From Opitutaceae bacterium (GTDB taxonomy: Bacteria > Verrucomicrobiota > Verrucomicrobiia > Opitutales > Opitutaceae), in assembly GCA_016795565.1 (NCBI GenBank), contig JAEUGW010000017.1:12433-76432 (forward strand): a stretch of 64,000 nt of DNA, read 5' to 3'. Under the pieces are notes generated by a model, which made no database searches, was not told where the DNA came from, and saw only the letters and a list, made by a program, of their open reading frames with translations. The position numbers and the translations under genes are program-made. Below are positions 6,962 through 17,898 of the stretch, piece after piece; within the stretch, counting starts at the first letter, position 1, and every line of letters starts with the position of its first letter.

Positions 6962-8298
6962 TCTTCCCCCCGGCGCTCTCCTCCTATGTCGACCCGCCGA
7001 ATGGCGGCATGTGGGATGTCATCAAAGCCCGCGCGGTCGCCGAGCCATTCAACGTCACGGTGACGGTGATCTTTCTGCTGGCGGTGCTGCACACGTTTTT
7101 TTGCCCGAAACTGATGCATCTGTCGCACACGGCGCCGAAACCCAGCCCCCGCGCCATCATCCTTCACATCCTGGGCGAGGTGGAGCTGGTCTTTGCGCTG
7201 TGGGTGGTCGTGCTGGCCGGGGCGTTCGCCCTGGCGAAGGGGCCCGGAGCCCTGTTCGGCTATTTGGGCAAGGTGAGTTACACGGAGCCGCTCTTCGTGA
7301 TCGTCATCATGGCGGTGGCGGCGACGCGCCCGGTCATGCGCCTCGCCGAGCAGAGCCTGCGGCTGGTGGCGGCGCTTGGTGGCGGCCGCCCGGTGGCGTG
7401 GTGGTTTTCCATTCTCACGGTCGCCCCGTTGCTTGGCTCGTTCATCACCGAGCCCGCCGCGATGACCATCGCGGCGCTGTTGCTGGCGAATCAATTCTAC
7501 GAGCTTAAGCCGCCGATGAAACTGGCCTACGCGACGTTGGGCCTGCTGTTCGTGAACGTTTCCATCGGCGGCACGCTGACGCACTTCGCCGCCCCGCCGG
7601 TGCTGATGGTGGCGGCGCCGTGGGGTTGGGACATGACCTACATGTTCACGCACTTCGGCTGGCACGCCATCTCCGGCATCGTGCTGTCCAACGTGGTTTA
7701 CTTTCTCTTCTTCCGAAAGGACCTGCTGGCGCTGAAGACGTCGACCGCTACGGCGGAGAAAGCGACCGGAGTGCCGGTGTGGGTGACGCTGGCGCACCTC
7801 GTGTTCCTCGGTTTCATCGTCTGGGCGGCGCATCATCCGCTTTGGTTCATCCCGGCCTTTGTGGTGTTCATCGCTTTCGTCCGAGCGACGATCCGCCACC
7901 AAGACCCGATAGGCTATCGGAGCCCGCTGCTGGTCGGCCTCTTCCTCGCCGGGCTTGTCGTGCATGGCGGCCTGCAAGGCTGGTGGATCGAACCGGTGCT
8001 CGGCCGGCTGGGCGAGGTGCCGCTGTTTGCCGGCGCGACGATCCTGACCGCGTTCAACGACAACGCCCTCATCACCTACCTCGCCACGCTCGTGCCGGGA
8101 TTCAGCGAAGAGCTGAAGTTCGCGGTCGTGGCCGGTGCCGTGACGGGCGGCGGGCTCACCGTCATTGCCAACGCGCCGAACCCCGCCGGTCAGTCGATCC
8201 TGCAACGCTATTTCCCGGACGGCGTGTCGCCTTTGGGCCTGTTCCTCGGCGCGCTGGTGCCAACGCTGATCGTGGCGTTCTCGTTCATGGTGTTGTGA
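6958..8298 (+). CDS. Polytopic inner-membrane protein, possibly a DUF1504-type putative Na+/H+ antiporter
   Basis: 446 aa with about 11-12 hydrophobic segments. Its start overlaps the upstream stop (ATGA). The family assignment is from memory of the general architecture only. Confidence 0.45.
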   Translation: MIFPPALSSYVDPPNGGMWDVIKARAVAEPFNVTVTVIFLLAVLHTFFCPKLMHLSHTAPKPSPRAIILHILGEVELVFALWVVVLAGAFALAKGPGALFGYLGKVSYTEPLFVIVIMAVAATRPVMRLAEQSLRLVAALGGGRPVAWWFSILTVAPLLGSFITEPAAMTIAALLLANQFYELKPPMKLAYATLGLLFVNVSIGGTLTHFAAPPVLMVAAPWGWDMTYMFTHFGWHAISGIVLSNVVYFLFFRKDLLALKTSTATAEKATGVPVWVTLAHLVFLGFIVWAAHHPLWFIPAFVVFIAFVRATIRHQDPIGYRSPLLVGLFLAGLVVHGGLQGWWIEPVLGRLGEVPLFAGATILTAFNDNALITYLATLVPGFSEELKFAVVAGAVTGGGLTVIANAPNPAGQSILQRYFPDGVSPLGLFLGALVPTLIVAFSFMVL

Positions 8299-8310
8299 GG
8301 GTGTGCCGGT

Positions 8311-8379
8311 GGAGGGCCCGCGTCCCTGCGGGCCGCGGGTTGTGATGTTCGCAACGTCTCGCAGGGACGCGCGCCCTCC
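8311..8379. repeat. GC-rich palindromic element
   Basis: GGAGGGCCCGCGTCCCTGCG (8311-8330) and CGCAGGGACGCGCGCCCTCC (8360-8379) are near-perfect inverted repeats. Confidence 0.75.
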
Positions 8380-8439
8380 CCAGGCACCGAGGCGGCGTGG
8401 AACCTAGCCGAAAAACCTATTCCCGACAGCTTGGTTTTT

Positions 8440-8510
8440 TGTAGCGGCGGTCTGTGACCGCCGTCGAGCATGGCGTGGTGATCGTTCGGCGGTCATAGAC
8501 CGCCGCTACA
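8440..8510. repeat. REP-like palindromic element, family A, second copy
   Basis: TGTAGCGGCGGTCTGTGACCGCC ... GGCGGTCATAGACCGCCGCTACA. The arm variants are swapped relative to 346..416, so the orientation is opposite. The 25-nt loop is related to the first copy when reverse-complemented. Confidence 0.85.
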
Positions 8511-8535
8511 GGGTAGGCCATTAGTCGGATAGCTC

Positions 8536-9804
8536 TTACGGGAACAACCCGCGCTGGGCCTTGGCCTCGGAGACGCGCGCGATGCCGAGCACGAGGGCGG
8601 CGGTGCGGTGGCTGCACTTGTATTTCTTCGCCGTCTCGTCCACCGAGGCCTTCGCCTTGGCGAGCATGCGGTAGAGTTTGTCGAAGACCTCGCCCTTGGT
8701 CCAATAGTAGTTCTGCAGGTTCTGCAGCCACTCGAAGTAGGAGACGATGACGCCGCCGGAGTTGCAGAGCACATCCGGGATGATGTGGATGTCGCCGCGC
8801 TGGCGGATGATCTGGTCGGCCTCGTAAGTCGTCGGGCCGTTGGCACCCTCGGCGAGGATGCGGCACTGCAGCTTGGCGGCATTCTTCTCGGTGATGACGC
8901 GCTCGAGCGCGGCCGGGATGAGGACGGTGCACGGCAGCTCCATGAGCTGCTCGTTGGTGAGGGCGTCGCCGCCCGGGAAGCCCTGGAGGTTCTTGTTTTT
9001 CTGCACGTAGTCGAGGGCGGCCTTGAGGTCGATGCCCTTGGGGTTGTGGATGCCGCCGGTGTAATCGGAGATGCCGATGACTTCCGCGCCCCAGTCGTAG
9101 AGGGCAAGGGCGGCCTCGCTGCCGACATTGCCGAAGCCCTGGATGACCACTTTCGTCTGCTCGGGCTTGATGCCGAAGTCCTGAAGGTAGGCCTTCACGA
9201 ACCACGCCACGCCCTCGCCGGTGGCTTCCTTGCGGCCGAGCGAGCCGCCGAGGGAGATGGGTTTGCCGGTGATGACGCCCGGGTCGTAGAAGCCCTTGTG
9301 ATTGGAATAGGTGTCCATCATCCAGGCCATGACCTGGGCATCCGTGCCGACATCGGGCGCCGGGATGTCCACGTTGGGCCCGATGAACGGCAGGATTTCC
9401 TGCATGTAGCGGCGGGAGAGGCGCTCGAGTTCGGTCTTGGAGAGTTTCCGGGGATCGACGATCACACCCCCCTTGCCACCGCCGTAGGGGAGGCCGGCAA
9501 GCGAACATTTCCAGCTCATCCACATGGCCAGCGCGGCGACCTCGCCGAGCGTCACCTCGTGGTGGAAGCGGATGCCGCCCTTGGCCGGGCCGGTCGAGAG
9601 GTTGTGCTGCACCCGGTAGCCCTCGAAAATCTCGATCCGCCCGTCATCCATGCGCACGGGCATGGAGACGACCACGCAGCGTCGGGGGCGCTTGGTGCGT
9701 TCGCGGAGTCCGGCGTCCATGCCGAGGATGTCGGCGGCGGCGTCAAACTGGTTGCAGGCCTGTTGGAAAACAGGTGAATGGTAGATGCTTTGGTTGAGGG
9801 CCAT
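8536..9804 (-). CDS. gdhA: Glutamate dehydrogenase (Glu/Leu/Phe/Val dehydrogenase family)
   Basis: Motifs GPAKGGIRFH and LPYGGGKGG, plus the NAD(P) fold GFGNVGS. The start is set at MALNQSIY (9804). The longer track ORF extends through the intergenic region. Confidence 0.9.
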   Translation of the reverse strand: MALNQSIYHSPVFQQACNQFDAAADILGMDAGLRERTKRPRRCVVVSMPVRMDDGRIEIFEGYRVQHNLSTGPAKGGIRFHHEVTLGEVAALAMWMSWKCSLAGLPYGGGKGGVIVDPRKLSKTELERLSRRYMQEILPFIGPNVDIPAPDVGTDAQVMAWMMDTYSNHKGFYDPGVITGKPISLGGSLGRKEATGEGVAWFVKAYLQDFGIKPEQTKVVIQGFGNVGSEAALALYDWGAEVIGISDYTGGIHNPKGIDLKAALDYVQKNKNLQGFPGGDALTNEQLMELPCTVLIPAALERVITEKNAAKLQCRILAEGANGPTTYEADQIIRQRGDIHIIPDVLCNSGGVIVSYFEWLQNLQNYYWTKGEVFDKLYRMLAKAKASVDETAKKYKCSHRTAALVLGIARVSEAKAQRGLFP

Positions 9805-9927
9805 GGGGAGTGGGGCAGGGAAGCCCGGGGGTTTTGTTGGCCCGAGGTTGCGGCATCCGCGGGCGTTTAGCAATTGGCTTCGGGATTCAATGAAACAATC
9901 TAATCCCGCATGAAGTCTGCGTGATTT

Positions 9928-11337
9928 ATGGGGCTCTTGGCTCGAATCCTCTCGTGGTGCTCGCACAAGCTCGTGTTTGGCGCGCTGCTGGCTGTGGTCA
10001 CATTGGCCGGCTTTGGCTTCTGGGTCTATTTCCGCGACGTGGTGGATTTCGATCTGCGCCGGCTGGAGATTATCCGGGCCCTGACCGGTGAGACCGCCAA
10101 GCTTCGGTCCGCCCTGGCGGATGTCGAGGCCCGCATGGCGGCGATGCGGACGGAGATCGCGGCGCAACAGGACCGCAGTGCCCAGGCCGCCCGGGTCTCG
10201 GCTGAACTTGAGCACCTGAGCACCGGATTGAACCGCCTGAGCACGACCGCAGCCCAGTTGCGTGAAAACGAGGAGCGGCTCGGGCGGATGCGGCAGATGC
10301 AGGCCGAGTCACGGGTGCGGGCGGCTGAATTGGAGGAAAGCCTCAAGCGCACGCAGTGGGAAAAGGACGGCCTGGAGATCGCGCTCGGCCGGATGCAAGT
10401 GCAGCTAAAGTCAGCGGAGGAGCACAAGTCGAAGATGGTTCACTACGTCCGCGAAGCCTGGGCCCGGCACGGGCCGTATGTGTTGCTGGTCGTGGGGCTG
10501 TATCTGCTCGGGCCGCCGCTGGCCCGGATACTCGCGTATCTGGTTTTCGCCCCCTTGGTCTCAGGCCGCGCGCCCGTGCGCCTGGGGGTGGAATCGGAGG
10601 CGTTGCCGGAGATCACCACGAGCCGGTCCTCCATGGACCTGACCCTCGGGCCCGGTGACACGCTGTGGGTGAAGGAAAAGTTCCTGCAAGCGTCGGACGA
10701 GGGCCTGAGGAAGCAGACCAAGTCGGTGCTCGACTGGCGCATGCCCCTGACCTGCCTGGCTGCCGGACTCACGGAACTCATCGAAATGCGCAACATGACG
10801 AGGGAGGCCGCTTACCGGGCGACATTTTCAAGCCAGGAGAATCCCAATACGGAACTCGTGCTGGTTACCGTGCCACCCGGTGCCTCGCTGGTGATGCGGC
10901 CGAGTTTTCTGGCCGGTGCCATCGGGTTGGGCGGCAACAAGCTTCGCATCCGGCGGCACTGGCGGCTGTTCACCATGCAATCGTGGGTGACGGGGCAATT
11001 CCGGTATTTCGAGTTCGTGGGGCCGTGCCGGTTGTTGGTATCAGGAAGCCGCGGCGTGCGGGCGGAGACCTTGACTGCAGCTGCGGGCAATCCGTTGCCG
11101 GCCCGGCGAACGAATCAGGACGCCACCATCGGCTTCACGCCGGGCCTGGCCTACCGGCCGGTGCGGGCCGAGACATTCTGGGCGTATTTCCGGGGCATGA
11201 ACCCGCTGTTCGACGACCTCTTCGAGGGCGAAGGCCTGTTTCTATGTCAGGAAACCTCAGCCAAGGGGCCGCAGGAGGAAGCGCGGAAATTCTGGGCCGG
11301 CGTGCGGAGCAGTGTGCTGCGGATGTTCGGGCTGTAG
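9928..11337 (+). CDS. Hypothetical membrane protein: TM, about 140 aa of coiled coil, TM hairpin, then a beta-rich C-terminal domain (possibly AIM24/DUF124-like)
   Basis: 469 aa. It has hydrophobic segments at about residues 15-35 and 181-211. Heptad-like charged sequence lies between them (ETAKLRSALADVEARMAAMRTEIAAQQDRS...). The C-terminal 250 aa carry G-x-G and aromatic patterns (FEFVGPCRLLVSGSRG, FEGEGLFLCQE). Confidence 0.6.
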   Translation: MGLLARILSWCSHKLVFGALLAVVTLAGFGFWVYFRDVVDFDLRRLEIIRALTGETAKLRSALADVEARMAAMRTEIAAQQDRSAQAARVSAELEHLSTGLNRLSTTAAQLRENEERLGRMRQMQAESRVRAAELEESLKRTQWEKDGLEIALGRMQVQLKSAEEHKSKMVHYVREAWARHGPYVLLVVGLYLLGPPLARILAYLVFAPLVSGRAPVRLGVESEALPEITTSRSSMDLTLGPGDTLWVKEKFLQASDEGLRKQTKSVLDWRMPLTCLAAGLTELIEMRNMTREAAYRATFSSQENPNTELVLVTVPPGASLVMRPSFLAGAIGLGGNKLRIRRHWRLFTMQSWVTGQFRYFEFVGPCRLLVSGSRGVRAETLTAAAGNPLPARRTNQDATIGFTPGLAYRPVRAETFWAYFRGMNPLFDDLFEGEGLFLCQETSAKGPQEEARKFWAGVRSSVLRMFGL

Positions 11338-11347
11338 AAATTGAATT

Positions 11348-11783
11348 ACTCAGAAGCCAAGAAGCCATGGAATCGAACCGACCGGACTTGAGTGGAAAGA
11401 TCATCGGCGCGGCTATTCGCGTGCATCAGGAGCTGGGGCCTGGATTTCTTGAGTCGATCTACGAGGAGGCTTTGTGCATCGAACTGGATGCGATTGGGCT
11501 GAAGTATGTGAGGCAATATCCCGTGACCATATTGTATCGGAAGAAACCAGTGGGAGAGCACAGGCTCGACCTCCTGGTGGAAGGAACGGTGGTTGTGGAG
11601 CTGAAAACCGTGGTAGAATTCGACCCGATTCATTTTGCCATCACGCGGTCCTACCTGAAGGCCACGAATTGTGATCTCGGACTATTGCTGAATTTCGCCG
11701 CACCCACCCTGGCTGTGAAAAGGGTGGGGCGGGAGTGGCATTCATGAAGCCACTAGCCTTTTCTGGTTTCTTGGCTTCTGAAT
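11348..11783. repeat. 20-bp inverted repeats bracketing the GxxExxY gene (cassette-like unit)
   Basis: ACTCAGAAGCCAAGAAGCCA (11348-11367) matches the reverse complement of 11764-11783 (ATTCAGAAGCCAAGAAACCA) at 18 of 20 positions. The unit fills the whole gap between the 9928..11337 stop and the uvrB start. Confidence 0.75.
11367..11747 (+). CDS. GxxExxY family protein (PD-(D/E)XK nuclease-like fold)
   Basis: 126 aa. It has KIIGAAIRVHQELGPGFLESIYEEAL (the G-F-L-E-S-I-Y signature), then DLLVEGTVVVELK and GLLLNF. GC content is visibly lower than the flanking genes (33 of the first 60 nt are G/C by hand count). Confidence 0.85.
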   Translation: MESNRPDLSGKIIGAAIRVHQELGPGFLESIYEEALCIELDAIGLKYVRQYPVTILYRKKPVGEHRLDLLVEGTVVVELKTVVEFDPIHFAITRSYLKATNCDLGLLLNFAAPTLAVKRVGREWHS

Positions 11784-11791
11784 AGAGAGCC

Positions 11792-13810
<2,019 letters not shown>

Positions 13811-13822
13811 CGGTTCCTCACC

Positions 13823-14488
13823 TCACTCGGGCAGGGAATCGTCGCAGCCATCACCTTGACGACACTCGTTCATGACGCGCAGCCAGATCTCCCGCAGGTC
13901 GAACAGCCGGGGTAGCGCGTAATCACGATAGCGCAGCGCGGACGGAGCGGTTGTGACATCGTCGGCCCCCAGCCGGGCCATGGTCAGGTTCAACTCGCCC
14001 AAGGCGCGCTTGAAGAAGCAGACGGCAAGGGTGTAGTCACCCATTTCCAGGGCCTGGACCGCCTGCAGGGCCTGTTCATTGCCACGGTAAAGCAGTGCCT
14101 GAACCGCGAGGCCGAGCGCCGCGGGCACGCCGTCAGGCTGGACAGCGACGCGCTCCCAGTGGGCCAGCAGGCTGACATAGAGGGCGCGGGTCGAGATGTA
14201 GACCGGGTTGCGGTGCAGGGTGTAGGGATCCCAATCACCAGTGAACAGCTCGTCCGCATCCTCTTCCTCCGCGCTGCCCGGGGCCTCAGTCAGCTCCCAA
14301 CCCATCCGCCGAGCCGCCTCGTCGATCCGGTCCATCCCGGCGGGTATCTGGTCGTAGTGCTTGATGTATTGGTGGACGGCCGCCTCTTGTGTGCCGAGGT
14401 ATTTCTGCCAATCCAGCTCGGTCCAGGCGAGCTCGCCGCGGTCTTCCCAATCGTTATCGAACAACCCGTCGGAATCAGAATTGGTCAT
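13823..14488 (-). CDS. Hypothetical acidic protein
   Basis: The ORF is coherent in length with normal-complexity composition, in contrast to the Arg/Pro-rich shadow ORFs elsewhere. I recognise no motif. The start is either 14488 (MTNSDSD) or 14548. Confidence 0.5.
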   Translation of the reverse strand: MTNSDSDGLFDNDWEDRGELAWTELDWQKYLGTQEAAVHQYIKHYDQIPAGMDRIDEAARRMGWELTEAPGSAEEEDADELFTGDWDPYTLHRNPVYISTRALYVSLLAHWERVAVQPDGVPAALGLAVQALLYRGNEQALQAVQALEMGDYTLAVCFFKRALGELNLTMARLGADDVTTAPSALRYRDYALPRLFDLREIWLRVMNECRQGDGCDDSLPE

Positions 14489-14616
14489 GTAATGAAGGCA
14501 CCTTGCGGCGTCGGAACCAGACAGTGCTGGGGCGATGTCCGCTGGCAAATAAAATTACCGCCGGACCCACCCGAGGTTGGTGTTGAACCGGCCCGGGGCG
14601 GTGTTTTTCTGCCTTC

Positions 14617-14892
14617 ATGCCGGAAGTCCATCATGCCACGGTCTTTTTCACGGGCCGCGTCCAGGGCGTGGGTTTCCGTTACCAGGCCCTGCAGGTGGCC
14701 AAGGGTTTCGAGATTTCCGGATTTGTGCTGAACCTGCCGGACGGACGCGTGCAATTGGAGGCGGAGGGTGCGGCGGGCGAGGTCACGGAATTTATCACCG
14801 CGGTGCAGGAGCGGATGGAGGGCTACATTCGCAAGACGGAGCAATCGGCGGGCCGGCGCGCGCCGCGGTTCCAAGGCTTCAACATCCGATGA
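14617..14892 (+). CDS. acyP: Acylphosphatase
   Basis: 91 aa with the [14 protein letters not shown] signature and the [17 protein letters not shown] pattern. Confidence 0.85.
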   Translation: MPEVHHATVFFTGRVQGVGFRYQALQVAKGFEISGFVLNLPDGRVQLEAEGAAGEVTEFITAVQERMEGYIRKTEQSAGRRAPRFQGFNIR

Positions 14893-15653
14893 GCGAGGCG
14901 GCGACCTGGGCGGTTGAGGTGGACGATTTCTCCAAAAGCTATCGTCGCAGCTGGACGGGGCAGCGGGCTTGCGCCGTGCAGGCCGTGTCGCTGCGCCTGG
15001 CTCCGGGCCAGGTGCTGGGCCTGCTCGGGCCCAACGGTTCGGGCAAGAGCACGCTGCTCAAGGCCCTGGCGGGATTGATCCGGCCGACCGCCGGCCGGTG
15101 TCTGGTCGGCGGCCATCCGGCCGGCAGCGATGCCGCGCGCGCCCTGACCGGTTACCTGCCCGAGTCGCCGCGCTTGGCGACGCACCAGACCGGGCGCGAG
15201 TTTCTCGCCTACTGCGCCGGGCTCAGCGCGATGAAACCCGGGTTGATCGTGCGGCGCCTCGGCGAGGTGCTGGAGTGGAGCGAACTAGGCGCGGCGGCCG
15301 ACCGGCCGCTGGACACCTATTCCAAGGGCATGCTGCAGCGCATCGGCCTGGCGCAGGCCGTCCTGCACGACCCCGCCGTGGTGCTGCTGGACGAGCCGGC
15401 CAGCGGGCTCGACCCGCAGGGCCGGCTGGCGCTGGCCGGACTGGTCCGCGGCTTGGCGGGACGCGGCAAGGCCGTGGTGTTCAGCTCGCACCTGCTGGGA
15501 CAGGCCGAGGGCCTGTGCGACCGGCTGGCCTTGCTGGGGCAGGGCCGGATCCTCGCGGAGGGCCCGACCAGGGAGCTGATCGGCACCGGGCCGTCGATGG
15601 CCCACGCGCCGTCGCGATTGGAACAACTCTATCTGGAGAAATTGCGCCCGTGA
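14889..15653 (+). CDS. ABC transporter ATP-binding protein
   Basis: Walker [10 protein letters not shown], signature YSKGMLQR, Walker B VVLLDEP and an H-loop SSH. The ATGA overlaps the acyP stop. Confidence 0.9.
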   Translation: MSEAATWAVEVDDFSKSYRRSWTGQRACAVQAVSLRLAPGQVLGLLGPNGSGKSTLLKALAGLIRPTAGRCLVGGHPAGSDAARALTGYLPESPRLATHQTGREFLAYCAGLSAMKPGLIVRRLGEVLEWSELGAAADRPLDTYSKGMLQRIGLAQAVLHDPAVVLLDEPASGLDPQGRLALAGLVRGLAGRGKAVVFSSHLLGQAEGLCDRLALLGQGRILAEGPTRELIGTGPSMAHAPSRLEQLYLEKLRP

Positions 15654-16408
15654 ACCCGGCGATCCAACGCATCCGGCTCATCGCCGGTCAGACGGCCGGC
15701 GAGGCGCTCCGCCATCGGCTGGTGCTGCTGCTGGCTGCGGTTGCCGCGCTGTTGCTGTTTGGCTCGCGCTGGCTGCGCGAATTCAACTTTGGGGCGGCCG
15801 AGTTGGCGTTCATTGGCGACTTCGGCCTCGGCGTGATTGGGCTGATGGGCACGCTGGTGGCCGCGCTCGCCACCGCGCACTTGTTCTTCGACGACCTTGC
15901 CGGCGCGGCCGCCTGCGTCCTGACCCGACCCGTGCGCCGGTGGGAATACATCGTGGGCAAACTCGCCGGTGTCGCCGGCCTGCTTGCGCTCTTCACCGCC
16001 GCACTCGGCGCGCTGCTTGGCGCGCTGATCTTCTGGCGGGCGCAGCAGCTCGGCGTGGTGCCCGCGGCGCTGCCGGTCTTTCTCACGGCCTGCGCGATGC
16101 AATGGATGAAGTTCACGCTCGTGACAGCGATGACGCTGTGCGTCAGCGCTTACGCCGGGTCGGCGCTGTTTGCATCCTGCGCCGGCCTGATGCTCGCGGT
16201 GATCGGGCACCTGCGGCCTTTCGCCACCGGTGGTCTGCAGTGGCTGCGGGTGTGGCCAAACCTCGGGCTGTTCGATGCCGAGGCCTTGTTGGGGGCTGGA
16301 CAACCCCTCACCGCGGCCGGGCTGCTCTCGGTGACTGCCTACTGGCTGGTGTGTGTCGTGTGTCTGCTGGGGCTGGCATCCTATGCTTTCAAGCACCGCG
16401 AGTTTTAA
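15650..16408 (+). CDS. ABC-2 type transporter permease
   Basis: About 252 aa with 6 hydrophobic segments. The GTG start overlaps the ATPase stop (GTGA). Confidence 0.7.
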   Translation: MNPAIQRIRLIAGQTAGEALRHRLVLLLAAVAALLLFGSRWLREFNFGAAELAFIGDFGLGVIGLMGTLVAALATAHLFFDDLAGAAACVLTRPVRRWEYIVGKLAGVAGLLALFTAALGALLGALIFWRAQQLGVVPAALPVFLTACAMQWMKFTLVTAMTLCVSAYAGSALFASCAGLMLAVIGHLRPFATGGLQWLRVWPNLGLFDAEALLGAGQPLTAAGLLSVTAYWLVCVVCLLGLASYAFKHREF

Positions 16409-16421
16409 TTTCGGGAGAGTG

Positions 16422-17117
16422 ATGCTGCCGGCCGTGGCCATAGTCGGCATGGGCATGCTTTTGCGTGCGCTGGAGCCGGTGGTGGCGTCTTCGTTTCAAG
16501 AGCGCGGCGAACAGCTCGCGGCGCTGGCCGGGCAGGGTGGGATGCCGGCGGTGCTCGGGGGCCTCCGGTCGGTAGTAGCGAGCGGCTATTGGTTGCGAGC
16601 CCAGCGCGCGTGGGAACAGCGGGATGCGACCGGCATGGAGATGCTCATTGACCTGACGGTGGCGGCCGACGAACGCCCGCTTTATTTTTGGCTGAACGGG
16701 GCACGCATGCTGGCCCATGATGTGCCCGCGTGGCTGCCGGTCACAACGCCCGAGAGCGTCAAGCGCCGGCTGGGCGAGGAGCAGGCCCGGCGGGCGGTGC
16801 GGCTCCTGGAGCGCGGCCTGCGGTGGCACGGCACTGACGCCAGCCTGTATGTGGAAATGGCCAACATTCATTTGCACCGGCTGGGTGATCCGGCCACAGC
16901 GGCGCACTGCTATCGTCAGGCCGCCGCGCAGCCCGGCGCCCCGTATTACGCGGCGCGGATCCATGCGGAACTGCTGCGGGAACTGGGGCGCCCCCGGGAG
17001 GCGCTGGCGTGGCTCCGCCAACTGCTGCCGACCCTGCCTGCGACCGACCCGGCTGCGCGGCGTGACGTGGTTTTGGGGCGGATTCAGGCGCTCGAGCAGG
17101 AATTGGCGGAGCCTTGA
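16422..17117 (+). CDS. TPR-like repeat protein with N-terminal membrane anchor or signal
   Basis: Hydrophobic N-terminus (MLPAVAIVGMGMLL). Helical repeat sequence with A/L/R/Y patterns (AHCYRQAAAQPGAPYYAARIHAELLRELGRPREALAWL). Confidence 0.5.
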   Translation: MLPAVAIVGMGMLLRALEPVVASSFQERGEQLAALAGQGGMPAVLGGLRSVVASGYWLRAQRAWEQRDATGMEMLIDLTVAADERPLYFWLNGARMLAHDVPAWLPVTTPESVKRRLGEEQARRAVRLLERGLRWHGTDASLYVEMANIHLHRLGDPATAAHCYRQAAAQPGAPYYAARIHAELLRELGRPREALAWLRQLLPTLPATDPAARRDVVLGRIQALEQELAEP

Positions 17118-17196
17118 TAGTGAACCCGGGCGACGCGGAGGGCAGCCCCGGCTGGGACCTGCGGCGTTCCGGCAAATGGGTGACGATGCCTTTGAC

Positions 17197-17898
17197 ATGA
17201 CAGCTTCCGGCGCTTGGACTGCCCCGACAACCATGCCTGAACAACTGACGATCAACTGGCCCTACCTGCTCATCGCCGTGGCCATGCTGTGGTTTCCGCG
17301 ACAGTGGCTGCGCACCGGCGCACGGGTCCTGAAAAAGCGGCACAAGCCCGACGGAGCCATGGAGCGGCTCGCCGGCATGGGTGCACGTGATCCGGAGGAC
17401 AAGTCCGTGCAGCCGGGTCGGGAGTTCGCCAATTTCCGCAATTACATCGACCTGTTCCGGGCCTTGGCCGGCAGTTACGGCCTGAGCCAGTTCGCCTGCA
17501 ATGCCGGCACCGAAGACGCGGAGCTGGCCGTGTTCATCGGCCAGACGGTGATTCTGCTGGTGGCCGTGTTGATTCAATCGGTCCGGTTCGACGGGCGCCT
17601 GAGTTTCTTCGCCCCCATATTCTATTTTGTCGGCATGAGCGTGGGGACGAGCGGGGTCTACACGGGGTTGTTTGCCTTTGCCCTCGTGCTGGCCATCAAC
17701 CCGGTCATCCCGACACCCCGGATGTTTCTGACCGCCTACAGTCTGCTGCTCCTGCCGTTCGGATTCGTTTTCAGCGCACCCCTCGATCTGCTGACAACGA
17801 ATATCGTGCTGATGCTGCTGCCGCCGCTGTGGAGTTTGCTGGCGAAACGGCCGCTGGTCATCTTCACGCGCAAGCCGAAGGCCGCCCGAGCCACCTGA
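17197..17898 (+). CDS. Hypothetical polytopic membrane protein
   Basis: About 5 hydrophobic segments and no recognised motif. The start is uncertain (17197 or 17233). Its stop overlaps the menA start (TGATG). Confidence 0.5.
   Translation: MTASGAWTAPTTMPEQLTINWPYLLIAVAMLWFPRQWLRTGARVLKKRHKPDGAMERLAGMGARDPEDKSVQPGREFANFRNYIDLFRALAGSYGLSQFACNAGTEDAELAVFIGQTVILLVAVLIQSVRFDGRLSFFAPIFYFVGMSVGTSGVYTGLFAFALVLAINPVIPTPRMFLTAYSLLLLPFGFVFSAPLDLLTTNIVLMLLPPLWSLLAKRPLVIFTRKPKAARAT

Noticed and set aside
6877-8205. 442-aa ORF on the minus strand
   Set aside because: It is antisense to the polytopic membrane protein gene. The translation is extremely Arg/His/Gln/Asp-rich, which is not protein-like.
10665-11366. 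Upstream 234 codons of the 360-aa track ORF that ends as the GxxExxY gene
   Set aside because: This part overlaps the 9928..11337 gene in another frame and is Arg/Gly/Pro-rich. Only the last 126 codons, from the ATG at 11367, show the family signature and the lower GC content.
14577-14888. N-terminal extension of the ABC ATPase ORF
   Set aside because: It overlaps acyP in another frame. The ATG at 14889 forms an ATGA junction with the acyP stop and leaves a normal-length ATPase.
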